Source: Clostridia bacterium (GTDB lineage Bacteria; Bacillota; Clostridia; TANB77; CAG-465). From it: 64,000 bases of DNA. Below, in pieces: positions 25,890 through 35,126 of the stretch. Below the pieces are notes generated by a model. That model did no database searches. It was not told where the DNA came from and worked only from the letters and a program-made list of their open reading frames with translations. The translations under genes were made by a program, and so were the position numbers. How positions within the stretch are numbered: position 1 is the stretch's first letter; each line of letters starts with the position of its first letter. The DNA lies in contig JAZTYX010000054.1 in assembly GCA_045637095.1 (NCBI GenBank), positions 1,373 to 65,372 of the forward strand. Reading direction: 5' to 3'.

Positions 25890-27218
25890 ATGGAGAAAGT
25901 AGTAAATGTAATAGGGGCAGGCTTAGCAGGTACTGAGTGTGCGTATATACTAAGTAAAAATGGAATAAAAGTTAGACTTTATGAAATGAAGCCTAATAAA
26001 AAAAGCCCAGCTCATGTATCAGATAAATTTGGAGAGTTGGTATGTAGCAATTCATTAAAATCCGAACTTTTAACAAATGCTTGTGGGCTTCTTAAAGAAG
26101 AAATGAGGAGACTTGGAAGTCTTTTTGTAGAAGCTGCATATAGTTCAAAAGTACCAGCAGGAAATGCTTTAGCGGTAGATAGAGAAAAGTTTGCAGAATA
26201 TATAACAAATAAAATTAAAGCAGAGAAGAATATAGAAGTTATTTATGAAGAAGTGGAAGATATAAATAATCTAGATGGAATTACGGTAATAGCAACTGGA
26301 CCTTTAACAAGTGATGCATTATCTAAAAGTATAGCTAAACTTGTTGGAGATGAAGGTCTGTATTTTTATGATGCAGCTGCACCAATAATTACTAAAGAAA
26401 GTATAGATATGACTAAAGCATATAGAAAAGATAGATATGGTGAAGTTGGAGTAGGAGACTACTTAAACCTAGCAATGTCTAAAGAAGAATATGATGTGTT
26501 CTACGATGCTTTAATAAATGCAGAAAGTGCAAATCGTCATGAATTCGATTCTTTAGAAAACATAGAACATTTTGAAGGTTGTATGCCGGTAGAATCTTTA
26601 GCTAGACGTGGAGAACAAACATTAGTATTTGGACCATTAAAACCAGTAGGTCTTTACAGAGAAGATGGAACAAAACCATATGCGGTACTTCAACTAAGAG
26701 CAGAAGATGAAGAAGAAACTATGTTTAATCTAGTAGGATTCCAAACAAGCTTAAAATTTAGTGAACAAAAAAGAGTATTTAGTTTAATTCCAGGTTTAGA
26801 GAATATGGAATTCTTGCGTTATGGGGTAATGCATAGAAATACATACATAAACGGCCCTAAAACGCTAAATAAAGACTTTAGAATGAAAGATAATAAAAAT
26901 ATATACTTCGCAGGACAAATAAGCGGAGTGGAAGGCTACGTTGAATCTGCGGCAAGTGGACTTATGGTAGCATACAACATAATAGAAAGCTTTAATAATG
27001 ATAGTGATGAACAAGCACTATTTGATGAAGTTACAATTCTGGGAGCACTTAGTAAATATGTAAGTACAGAAAATAAAGATTATGCACCTATGAATGCAAA
27101 CTTTGGAATTGTACCACCACTAGAAAACAAAATTAAAGATAAAAAAGAAAGATATTTGATTTATGCAAATAGGTCTTTAGAAAAAATAGAGGAGTTTGTA
27201 AATGAGCATATTAGATGA
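25890..27218 (+). CDS. trmFO: Methylenetetrahydrofolate--tRNA-(uracil54-C5)-methyltransferase TrmFO
   Basis: N-terminal FAD-binding VNVIGAGLAGTECAY and an overall match to TrmFO/Gid. Start chosen at MEKVV, after SD AAGAGGG. Confidence 0.9.
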   Translation: MEKVVNVIGAGLAGTECAYILSKNGIKVRLYEMKPNKKSPAHVSDKFGELVCSNSLKSELLTNACGLLKEEMRRLGSLFVEAAYSSKVPAGNALAVDREKFAEYITNKIKAEKNIEVIYEEVEDINNLDGITVIATGPLTSDALSKSIAKLVGDEGLYFYDAAAPIITKESIDMTKAYRKDRYGEVGVGDYLNLAMSKEEYDVFYDALINAESANRHEFDSLENIEHFEGCMPVESLARRGEQTLVFGPLKPVGLYREDGTKPYAVLQLRAEDEEETMFNLVGFQTSLKFSEQKRVFSLIPGLENMEFLRYGVMHRNTYINGPKTLNKDFRMKDNKNIYFAGQISGVEGYVESAASGLMVAYNIIESFNNDSDEQALFDEVTILGALSKYVSTENKDYAPMNANFGIVPPLENKIKDKKERYLIYANRSLEKIEEFVNEHIR

Positions 27219-28164
27219 TCATATTAAAAATAACAGTGTTAAAGGATTATATCTATTATTTGGTGATGAAAAATATGATATAGAACGCTATATAGATAAA
27301 ATGAAAAAAACATTTTCAAATCTAGAACTTGGAATAAACTATTTTGTATTAGATAAAACTAATATAGAAACATTAAAAGATGCAATAGAAAGTGTTTCGT
27401 TTTTTGGATTAGAAAAATTAATAGTAGTAAAAAATGTTGGATTAAAATTTAAGAAAGAAGCTATAGAAAACATATCTAATACAGAACTTGCAATAATTTT
27501 TGTAGAGGATAGTGTGGATAAAAGAACTGCAGAATACAAGTTTCTAGCTAAAAATGCTGTTTGCCAAGAATTTGCAAAGCTTAATGCAAAAGATGCAGCT
27601 TTCTATGTAGTAAGAACACTTAATTCATATAAAATTAAAGTTAAAGACAGTACAGCGGAATACATGGTAAGTGTATGCACAGAAGATAAACAAACATTAA
27701 TAAACGAGTTTAAGAAAATAGTTGCATATCTAGAACCGGGAGATGAACTTACTAAAGAGGTAATAGATAAAATATGTACAAGAACGTTAGATGCTAAAAT
27801 ATTTGATCTTGTAGATATGGTTTTAGCAAAAAAGAAAAAAGAAGCGTTAAAAATATTAGAAGATATGCTTGCGCAAAAAACATATCCGGGGATAATAACA
27901 GGCATGCTATATAAGCAAATGAAACAAATGTATATGATTAAACTTTTAGAAGAAAAATCTAGAAAAGAAGGATATAATGCAAATATTGCGACTGAGCTAG
28001 GAATACATCCATTTGTGCTTTCTAAATTAAAAGCAGCAAGTATAAATTACAAAATAGAAGATATAGAAAATATACTTTTAGAGTTTGATGAATATGACTC
28101 AAATTCTAAAACAGGAAAAATGGATATAGAAACAGGGTTAAAACGATTGATATTAAGTATGTAA
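27202..28164 (+). CDS. holA: DNA polymerase III delta subunit
   Basis: Around 320 aa, with the LYLLFGDE N-terminal motif typical of delta. Overlaps the trmFO stop by 17 nt. Confidence 0.75.
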   Translation: MSILDDHIKNNSVKGLYLLFGDEKYDIERYIDKMKKTFSNLELGINYFVLDKTNIETLKDAIESVSFFGLEKLIVVKNVGLKFKKEAIENISNTELAIIFVEDSVDKRTAEYKFLAKNAVCQEFAKLNAKDAAFYVVRTLNSYKIKVKDSTAEYMVSVCTEDKQTLINEFKKIVAYLEPGDELTKEVIDKICTRTLDAKIFDLVDMVLAKKKKEALKILEDMLAQKTYPGIITGMLYKQMKQMYMIKLLEEKSRKEGYNANIATELGIHPFVLSKLKAASINYKIEDIENILLEFDEYDSNSKTGKMDIETGLKRLILSM

Positions 28165-28284
28165 AGATATATTGATGATTGTAGACATAAAACTGCAAAA
28201 ACTATTGACTTTCTCTAAGAATTATGTTAAACTAATATTGCGTAGTTTAGCAATATAAATATTCTTAATAGGAGGTTTAGTACC

Positions 28285-28959
28285 GTGAAAATTCTGGGAA
28301 CTGAGAAGCAGAAATACGCTAACTGCTTGTTTTCAGTAAACGTCGTTGATAGTTTAGACTCATCTTATACTACTCTTGTGAAAAAGAGTTTCTTTGGAAG
28401 CGCGGATTATAAAAAGCGGACTTTCACCAATGGCACGTTAGAAAAAGTTTTTGTTGAAAATGCAAATGCATACTGTAAAGTGAAATTTAAGGTTATCGAG
28501 GGCGATTATCTTGTAATCATGGATGAACACGATAACATTACTATATATATAACTGAACAATATGTAGGCCTGGTACAGGTCAAAAACAAAACTGTGCAAA
28601 CGGTGATTGACGAATATTATGCCACTATGCGTGGTAGAATCGATTCCAAGAGAGAATTTGCAAGAGAGATGGGCTCCATTTCAAGAAGAATCAATATTCC
28701 TTTCCATATCGTTATGGCATTCAAGGGAAATGAAGAACTTCTGATGCAGCTTGTAAGAAACATTGAGGATGCAATTTCTAAACGTCGTTACGAAGACAAA
28801 AGTTTCATGGCAGCACTTTGCGGCAACAATTTCGCATCGCGCATGAAAGCAATCGAGACAATGGGGATTACCAATATTCCTGAATATCAATCGGAGAAGA
28901 TCGCAAAGTATCTTCACGAGTGTCTCGAAAAAAGAAAGATTGTTCGTAGATTCGAATAG
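28285..28959 (+). CDS. Hypothetical protein in a GC-enriched island between holA and gpr
   Basis: GTG start with SD GGAGG. Codon usage is richer in G/C at the third position than flanking genes. No family recognised. Occupies the position where rpsT often sits. Confidence 0.5.
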   Translation: MKILGTEKQKYANCLFSVNVVDSLDSSYTTLVKKSFFGSADYKKRTFTNGTLEKVFVENANAYCKVKFKVIEGDYLVIMDEHDNITIYITEQYVGLVQVKNKTVQTVIDEYYATMRGRIDSKREFAREMGSISRRINIPFHIVMAFKGNEELLMQLVRNIEDAISKRRYEDKSFMAALCGNNFASRMKAIETMGITNIPEYQSEKIAKYLHECLEKRKIVRRFE

Positions 28960-29016
28960 TCAGTATACTTATAAAAAACACCTTTTTAATACATAATATT
29001 AAAGAGGTGTTTTTTT

Positions 29017-29889
29017 ATGAAAAATAATACAATAAAAAATAAATATGTAACAGATATGGCAGATGAAAGAGTAGATGAATATAAAAAGACATATAACTTA
29101 AGTTATATAGATGGAATAAAGGTTGAATCGAGTGCAAGTAAAACACACAATATAACTACTGTAGAAGTAATTAATGAAAACGGCAAACAAGCAGTGGGAA
29201 AAGATATAGGGAAATATATTACATTAGAAATTAAGGATGTATTAACGTTAGAAGATAAAGAACTAGAAGATATAGTAAAAACTTTAGGTGAAGCGTTAGT
29301 TGGCTTGATAGAAAGTAATATAAACAAAGTTATGGTTGTGGGACTTGGAAATGAGATGGTGACAGCAGATTCTCTAGGTCCTAAGGTAATTAAGAATATA
29401 AATGTAACTAGACATGTAATAAAATATATGAAGGAAATAGTTGATCCTGGAACTAGAGAAATAACAGCTTTAACACCGGGGGTTTTAGGTACAACAGGAA
29501 TAGAGACAGAAGAGATAATTGAAGGTGTAGTAGAAAAGATACAACCAGATCTAATAATAGTAATAGATAGTTTGGCTTCTCAAAGTATAGCTAGAATAGG
29601 GACAACAATACAAATGGGAAATACAGGTATAACACCTGGCGCAGGAGTTGGTAACAGAAGAAAAGTGCTAAATCAAAATACATTAAAAGTACCGGTAATA
29701 GCGATAGGTGTACCCACTGTAGTTAATGCAGAAATATTATTAAAAGAAATGTTAGATAAATTAAATATATCTAGCGTTAGGAAGAACAAGAAATTATGTA
29801 ATAACATGGTAGTAACGCCAAAAGAAATAGATAGTTTAATAACAAAAATGACTAGAATAATATCCGATTCAATAAATGCGGCAATATAA
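29017..29889 (+). CDS. gpr: Germination protease (spore endopeptidase, peptidase A25 family)
   Basis: The VMVVGLGNEMVTADSLGP motif and overall A25 architecture fit. A length of 290 aa is consistent with a clostridial GPR. Confidence 0.6.
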   Translation: MKNNTIKNKYVTDMADERVDEYKKTYNLSYIDGIKVESSASKTHNITTVEVINENGKQAVGKDIGKYITLEIKDVLTLEDKELEDIVKTLGEALVGLIESNINKVMVVGLGNEMVTADSLGPKVIKNINVTRHVIKYMKEIVDPGTREITALTPGVLGTTGIETEEIIEGVVEKIQPDLIIVIDSLASQSIARIGTTIQMGNTGITPGAGVGNRRKVLNQNTLKVPVIAIGVPTVVNAEILLKEMLDKLNISSVRKNKKLCNNMVVTPKEIDSLITKMTRIISDSINAAI

Positions 29890-29907
29890 AATATATTAAA
29901 TAAAAGA

Positions 29908-29945
29908 AAAACGAGATAATTGATGCTAATTATCTCGTTTTATGA
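29908..29945 (+). terminator. rho-independent terminator after gpr
   Basis: AAACGAGATAATT-gatgct-AATTATCTCGTTT followed by TATGAT. Confidence 0.6.
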
Positions 29946-29967
29946 TATTATTCATATGAGGTTGAAT

Positions 29968-30603
29968 ATGAAATTTACATCAAAAGAGATAAAAAACGAA
30001 AATAGAAGTAAAAAACATACAGATAAATTATTAATAATATTAGGCTCAATGGTAGTTGCATTTGGATTATTTAATATACATTCAAGATGTGGAATTGCAG
30101 AAGGCGGACAACTTGGAGTAGAGCTACTATTCTTTAATCTTATAGGAATAAGCCCGGGGATTGTATCTATAATAATAGATGCCACAGCATATGTAGTAGG
30201 AAGCCTTTTATTTGGTAAGAAGTTTTTCTTTAACGCAATATTAGGAGCAATATCTTATTCTGGTTTTTATTTATTGTTCGAGAATACACCAATATTCTTT
30301 CCAAATCTATCTAACAATTTATTGTTAGCATCAATTATCGGTGGAATAATGGTTGGTATAGGATGTGGAATAGTAGTAAAAAATAATGGTGCTTGTGGTG
30401 GAGATGATGCGGTAGCATTAATAATATCTAAATTATCTAAACTACCAATAGCAATAAGTTATCTACTATTAGATTTAATAGTAATATTAATGTCATTATC
30501 ATATATAGATGCAAGTAATATTATCTATTCATTCATAACTGCAACTATTTCATCTATACTTATTGGCTATATAGCTAAAACAAAAGAAGATAAAGAAAAA
30601 TAA
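29968..30603 (+). CDS. YitT-family (DUF161) membrane protein
   Basis: Multi-TM with the Gly-rich YitT pattern. Start placed at MKFTSK, after the terminator. The tracked ORF starts inside the hairpin. Confidence 0.65.
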   Translation: MKFTSKEIKNENRSKKHTDKLLIILGSMVVAFGLFNIHSRCGIAEGGQLGVELLFFNLIGISPGIVSIIIDATAYVVGSLLFGKKFFFNAILGAISYSGFYLLFENTPIFFPNLSNNLLLASIIGGIMVGIGCGIVVKNNGACGGDDAVALIISKLSKLPIAISYLLLDLIVILMSLSYIDASNIIYSFITATISSILIGYIAKTKEDKEK

Positions 30604-30657
30604 TAGTTGTAACATATTAATGTTTATGGTATAACCATTAACGTAAGAGAGGGTAAA

Positions 30658-31320
30658 ATGAAAGTTAAAGTAAATGATGTAGTCTTAAATTATGACGTAG
30701 TAGGTACAGGTTATCCAATTATACTACTTCATGGTAATGGTGAGAGCTATACAATATTTAATAAATTAATAGAAAAACTACAAGAAGATTATACTGTGTA
30801 TGCAGTAGATAGTCGTTCGCATGGCGAAAGCGAAGAAACGGAGGAAGTCTCCTACGAATTGATGGCAGAAGATATAATCCAGTTTATAAAAGAACTAAAC
30901 ATAGAAAGTCCTATGCTTTATGGTTTTAGCGATGGTGGAATAGTAGGACTATTAATAGCAATAAAAGAGCCGGAACTTTTATCTAAATTAATAGTAAGTG
31001 GTGTAAATATAAATCCTAAAGGGTTAAAAAATGGAACATATTTAGGGTGTAAAATTGCATCTATGTTTACTGGGAATAAGCTAATAAAAATGATGGTAAA
31101 TGAACCAAATATATCTTTGGAGAACCTAAATAATATAAAGGTACCAACTGTACTTGTTGTAGGAGATAGAGATTGTATAAAATTATCTCATACTAAATTA
31201 ATACATAGGAATATACCAAACAGCAAATTAGAAATAGTAAAAAGAGCAGGACATTCTAATTATATAATTGGAAAAGATAGAATATATTACATATTAAAGA
31301 AATACATTGAAAACATATAG
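30658..31320 (+). CDS. Alpha/beta-fold hydrolase
   Basis: Has the LLHGNGES oxyanion region, the GFSDGG nucleophile elbow and a C-terminal GHS. Length 220 aa. Confidence 0.75.
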   Translation: MKVKVNDVVLNYDVVGTGYPIILLHGNGESYTIFNKLIEKLQEDYTVYAVDSRSHGESEETEEVSYELMAEDIIQFIKELNIESPMLYGFSDGGIVGLLIAIKEPELLSKLIVSGVNINPKGLKNGTYLGCKIASMFTGNKLIKMMVNEPNISLENLNNIKVPTVLVVGDRDCIKLSHTKLIHRNIPNSKLEIVKRAGHSNYIIGKDRIYYILKKYIENI

Positions 31321-31358
31321 GAAAAAGTGTATAATTGCACTGAAAGAAGGGGTATTAA

Positions 31359-32627
31359 ATGAAGAAAAAAATAGTAGCAATTTTATTTGTATTCGTTTTA
31401 ATGTTAACAACATTTAGCAGTACATATGGAGTAGAATTATTAAATTTAGGGATATATGAAACAGCATATAAATTAAGTAAAGATAATGATATAAATTTAC
31501 CGTTTATTAATGTTTTTGAAAAAAGTGCCACTTATGATAAAACAGTAAAACATTCTGGAATAACATTTGGTGAAACTACAATTGATGTGGAAGATAAATT
31601 AGAAGGTGTGCACGGAATCTTTACTGGAGATATGGTTACAATAAAAGGTGAAGTAGAACACGCTTTAATTGTAGCAAATAATGTAGTGATAGAAGGAAAA
31701 GTATCTGACGACACAGTAATAATAGCTGAGAAAGTACAAGTGATGGAAAATGCTATTGTTGAAAGAGATATCGTTATAGTATCTACGGATTTGGATGTAT
31801 TAGGAACAGTTAAAGGTAACTTAATAGCAGCTTCATTAGATGCAAAAATATCAGGAACAGTAGAACAAGATCTAAGAATATTAACATCTACTTTGGATTT
31901 AGAAAATAGTACAATAAAAGGAAGATTAGAAGCTGAAGTAGGTTTTGAAGATGTAAAACAAGAGATAATATCAATGTATCCAGAAGCTATAGTTACTAAG
32001 AGTGTAGAAAAAGAAGATAAGGTAAATGCAACAAGAATAGTAATAAAAGGTATAAAAACAGTATTAGTATATACATTTGTAGCAATGTTAATAACTAAAA
32101 AAGATAAATCTGTAGCTACAAAGATGTCAGCAAGATTTATGGAAAATTCAACATTTGGAGTGTTATCTTCAGCCGGACTATTAATAATAGCACCATTTGT
32201 TCTTATTATATTAATACTTGCAGGTGTATTTGGTTTAGGAATAATTGCATGGCCTGTGTTAGTGGTTTTTGTATCAACAATATTATTAACATTAGCGCTA
32301 AGTCAATTAATAGTAGGACTATTTATTTATGAAGTATTTAAGAAAAAAGCAAGTAAATATAGAATGTTAGTGTTAGCTATAATATATACTGCGCTATTTG
32401 CATTAACACAAATACCAGTAATATATTCATATGCAATAGTAGCAATTTCTTTAGTAGCTTTAGGATTGGTATTAACATACATATTTAAGAAGAACGAAAC
32501 ATCAGAGTTTATTGATGCGAGTGAAGATAAAGTAGTAAAGATAGAAGAAACATTAACAGAACAACCAAAAGAAGAGACTAAAAATGAGTCGAATGATAAA
32601 GCTAAAGGTAAAAATAAAAAGAAATAG
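31359..32627 (+). CDS. Secreted/membrane protein with a bactofilin-like (polymer-forming beta-helix) domain and a C-terminal 4-TM region
   Basis: Signal peptide, then a bactofilin-type repeat pattern (VTIKGEVEHALIVANNVVIEGKVSDDTVIIAEKVQV...), then four hydrophobic helices and a Lys-rich tail. Confidence 0.55.
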   Translation: MKKKIVAILFVFVLMLTTFSSTYGVELLNLGIYETAYKLSKDNDINLPFINVFEKSATYDKTVKHSGITFGETTIDVEDKLEGVHGIFTGDMVTIKGEVEHALIVANNVVIEGKVSDDTVIIAEKVQVMENAIVERDIVIVSTDLDVLGTVKGNLIAASLDAKISGTVEQDLRILTSTLDLENSTIKGRLEAEVGFEDVKQEIISMYPEAIVTKSVEKEDKVNATRIVIKGIKTVLVYTFVAMLITKKDKSVATKMSARFMENSTFGVLSSAGLLIIAPFVLIILILAGVFGLGIIAWPVLVVFVSTILLTLALSQLIVGLFIYEVFKKKASKYRMLVLAIIYTALFALTQIPVIYSYAIVAISLVALGLVLTYIFKKNETSEFIDASEDKVVKIEETLTEQPKEETKNESNDKAKGKNKKK

Positions 32628-32643
32628 TTGAATAGTAATTATT

Positions 32644-32670
32644 AAAGAGGACATATGTCCTCTTTTTTGT
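32644..32670 (+). terminator. rho-independent terminator
   Basis: Palindrome AAGAGGACAT-ATGTCCTCTT followed by TTTTTGT. Confidence 0.75.
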
Positions 32671-32706
32671 AACACGAAACGTAAATTAACATACAATATA
32701 CTAGAT

Positions 32707-33153
32707 GTGAAAACATCTAGAAAGGCAGACTTAAATATGAATAGATGCTGTAGAAACCAAGGAATGTATGGAAACCAAGGATGTCAATCAACAGGCTCAC
32801 AATATTGTAATTATGATACAACAATAGTAAGCTATATCGAAGGTCCAGTTGGACCACAAGGCCCAATGGGAAGACCAGGATTAACAGGACCACAAGGCCC
32901 TCAAGGACCAGCAGGACCAGTTGGACCACAAGGACCACAAGGAATACCTGGACCAACTGGTGCGACTGGCGCTACAGGTGCAACTGGAGCCACAGGCCCA
33001 GCGGGTGCGGATGGATTAACGCCGGTACTAACAATAGGTACTGTAACAACAGGTGCGCCAGGTACTCCTGCAGAAGCTAGTATAACAGGAACAGCTCCTA
33101 ACTTTGTGCTTAATTTAACAATTCCACAAGGTGAACCAGGAACACCAGCTTAA
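32707..33153 (+). CDS. Collagen-like (GXX repeat) protein, BclA-like exosporium/spore-surface candidate
   Basis: About 25 G-X-X triplets ([55 protein letters not shown]) followed by a roughly 45-aa C-terminal domain. The start is uncertain: GTG at 32707 or ATG at 32737. Confidence 0.65.
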   Translation: MKTSRKADLNMNRCCRNQGMYGNQGCQSTGSQYCNYDTTIVSYIEGPVGPQGPMGRPGLTGPQGPQGPAGPVGPQGPQGIPGPTGATGATGATGATGPAGADGLTPVLTIGTVTTGAPGTPAEASITGTAPNFVLNLTIPQGEPGTPA

Positions 33154-33200
33154 ACTTAGGAAAAATTAACATTTTTTAGTATAAAAAACACTGTAAACTA

Positions 33201-33229
33201 TTGCAAAATACTGGAAAGTGTAGTAAAAT
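33201..33229 (+). promoter_or_regulatory. sigma-A promoter of the rimP-nusA-infB operon
   Basis: TTGCAA, a 17-nt spacer, then TAAAAT. Confidence 0.45.
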
Positions 33230-33256
33230 ATTAATTGTCAGTAAGAGAAATGCAAA

Positions 33257-33286
33257 ATGAGAGGACGAAAGTCCTCTCATTTGTGT
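33257..33286 (+). promoter_or_regulatory. Leader hairpin between the promoter and rimP (possible NusA-sensitive attenuator)
   Basis: ATGAGAGGAC-gaaa-GTCCTCTCAT followed by TTGTGT, 19 nt before the rimP SD. Confidence 0.4.
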
Positions 33287-33304
33287 AATTAAAAGGAGGG
33301 TGCT

Positions 33305-33760
33305 ATGTCTAAATTAACAGACAGTATTCATACTGCCATAACTAAAGATGTAGAAGACTTAGGGTACACAGTAGAATACGTAGAAAACGTAAAAGAAGGC
33401 GAAAGCAAAATATTAAGAGTTGTTATTGACAAAGAGAATACATCTCTAACAACAGACGATTGTGAAATCGTAAGTAGAAAGATTGAGGAAAAGGTAGATT
33501 CTTTAATGAAAGATGAAATGTACATATTAGAAATATCTTCACCTGGTCTTGAAAGACAATTAAAGAATACTAAGTTATATATTAAATACCTTGGTTCTAA
33601 AGTGTTAGTAAAACTATATAATAAAGTTGAGAATTCTAAAGAACTTGAGGGAATACTTAAAGAAGCAACAGATGAGTACATTGTACTTACTGTAGAAGAG
33701 AAAGATATTAAAATTGAAAGAGAAAATATTACGTGTGCAAACACAGTATATGAATTTTAG
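33305..33760 (+). CDS. rimP: Ribosome maturation factor RimP
   Basis: 151 aa. The LGYTVEYVENVKEGESKILRVVID pattern fits, and it sits immediately upstream of nusA. Confidence 0.85.
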   Translation: MSKLTDSIHTAITKDVEDLGYTVEYVENVKEGESKILRVVIDKENTSLTTDDCEIVSRKIEEKVDSLMKDEMYILEISSPGLERQLKNTKLYIKYLGSKVLVKLYNKVENSKELEGILKEATDEYIVLTVEEKDIKIERENITCANTVYEF

Positions 33761-33775
33761 GAGGAGATTAGAAAA

Positions 33776-34855
33776 ATGGCAAAGGTAAGCAAATCAAAAG
33801 CAAGTGCAGCAGAATTATTAGAAGCACTAGATGAGTTACAATCAGAAAAGGGAATAACAAAGGAGTACATGGTAGAATCTTTAAAACTAGCATTAGAAGC
33901 AGCATACAGAAAAAACTATGAGACTGAAGAAAATGTTAAAGTAGATATTGATGAGGATACTGGTATAGTTTCAGTATACGCATTAAAAACTATTGTTGAA
34001 GAAGTGGATAACCCAGATTTAGAAATAAGCTTAGAAGCAGCTAAGTTAATAAGCAAACGTTCTAAAGTTGGTGGAGAAATTAAACTAGAAGTTACTCCAA
34101 AGAACTTTGGTAGAATTGCAGCTAGTGCAGGTAAACAAATAATAATACAAAGATTAAGAGAAGCTGAACACGATTTAGTTTATACACAATACAGCGACAA
34201 ACAAGGTGAAATAGTTATAGGTGTTGTTCAAAGAACAGACAAGATGGGCATGATAGTTGACCTTGGTAGAGTAGAAGCTTTAATACCTTCTAAAGAATTA
34301 GTACCAACAGAAAGATTTGAAACACATCAAAGAATAAAAGCATACGTACAAAAAGTAGATGATTCTGCTAAATTTGGACCACAAGTAGTATTATCTAGAC
34401 GTGATCCTGGATTTGTTAAAAAATTATTTGAACTTGAAGTTCCAGAAATTGAAGAAGGAATAGTTGAAATAAAAGCAGTAGCAAGAGAAGCAGGCATGAG
34501 AAGTAAAATAGCTGTATGGTCAGATGATGAAAACATAGATCCAGTAGGAGCATGTATCGGTAAAAAAGGTATAAGAATAAATACAGTATCTGAAGAATTA
34601 AACGGAGAAAAAATTGACGTTATACCATATAGCGATGATGTGCCAAGCTTTATAGTTAATGCATTATCTCCAGCAGGAATAATGGCTATAGATATAAACG
34701 ATGAAGAACATATTGCAACAATAGTTGTTCCAGATGACCAATTATCTTTAGCAATTGGTGCAAAAGGACAAAACGTAAGACTTGCAGCAATACTTACAGG
34801 ATGGAAAATAGATATTAAGACAAAATCAGAAATAGAAAACAGAATAGTTGAATAA
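33776..34855 (+). CDS. nusA: Transcription termination/antitermination factor NusA
   Basis: N-terminal ELLEALDELQSEKGI, an S1 domain and two KH domains. Length 359 aa. Confidence 0.95.
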   Translation: MAKVSKSKASAAELLEALDELQSEKGITKEYMVESLKLALEAAYRKNYETEENVKVDIDEDTGIVSVYALKTIVEEVDNPDLEISLEAAKLISKRSKVGGEIKLEVTPKNFGRIAASAGKQIIIQRLREAEHDLVYTQYSDKQGEIVIGVVQRTDKMGMIVDLGRVEALIPSKELVPTERFETHQRIKAYVQKVDDSAKFGPQVVLSRRDPGFVKKLFELEVPEIEEGIVEIKAVAREAGMRSKIAVWSDDENIDPVGACIGKKGIRINTVSEELNGEKIDVIPYSDDVPSFIVNALSPAGIMAIDINDEEHIATIVVPDDQLSLAIGAKGQNVRLAAILTGWKIDIKTKSEIENRIVE

Positions 34856-34871
34856 GCTATAAGGAGAGTTC

Positions 34872-35123
34872 ATGATAAAACAAAGAACTTGTGTAGCGTG
34901 TAGAACTAAAAATACAAAAGAAAATCTGTTAAGAATAGTAGCAGATGAAAATGGTAATGCGGTTTTAGATGAAACACAAAAAATGAATACAAGAGCAATA
35001 TACATTTGTAATAACAAGACTTGCATAAACAGATTGTTAAAAGCAAAAGATATTACAAAATGTGTAAAAATAAAAGTAAAACAAGAAAGTATACAAGAAT
35101 TATTAAGAAATTTGGGGGAATAA
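34872..35123 (+). CDS. rnpM: YlxR/RnpM (DUF448) RNA-binding protein
   Basis: RTCVACRTKNTKENLLRIV matches the YlxR signature. Position is between nusA and infB. Confidence 0.85.
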   Translation: MIKQRTCVACRTKNTKENLLRIVADENGNAVLDETQKMNTRAIYICNNKTCINRLLKAKDITKCVKIKVKQESIQELLRNLGE

Positions 35124-35126
35124 GAT

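Noticed and set aside
29920-29967. Upstream extension of the yitT-family ORF to 29920
   Set aside because: It lies inside the gpr terminator hairpin. The downstream ATG at 29968 follows a GAGG SD and starts the conserved MKFTSK N-terminus.
33154-33200. Strong terminator directly after the collagen-like gene
   Set aside because: Only a weak AAAAATtaacATTTTTT element is present. The convincing hairpin (33257-33286) lies downstream of the rimP promoter and is better explained as a leader structure.
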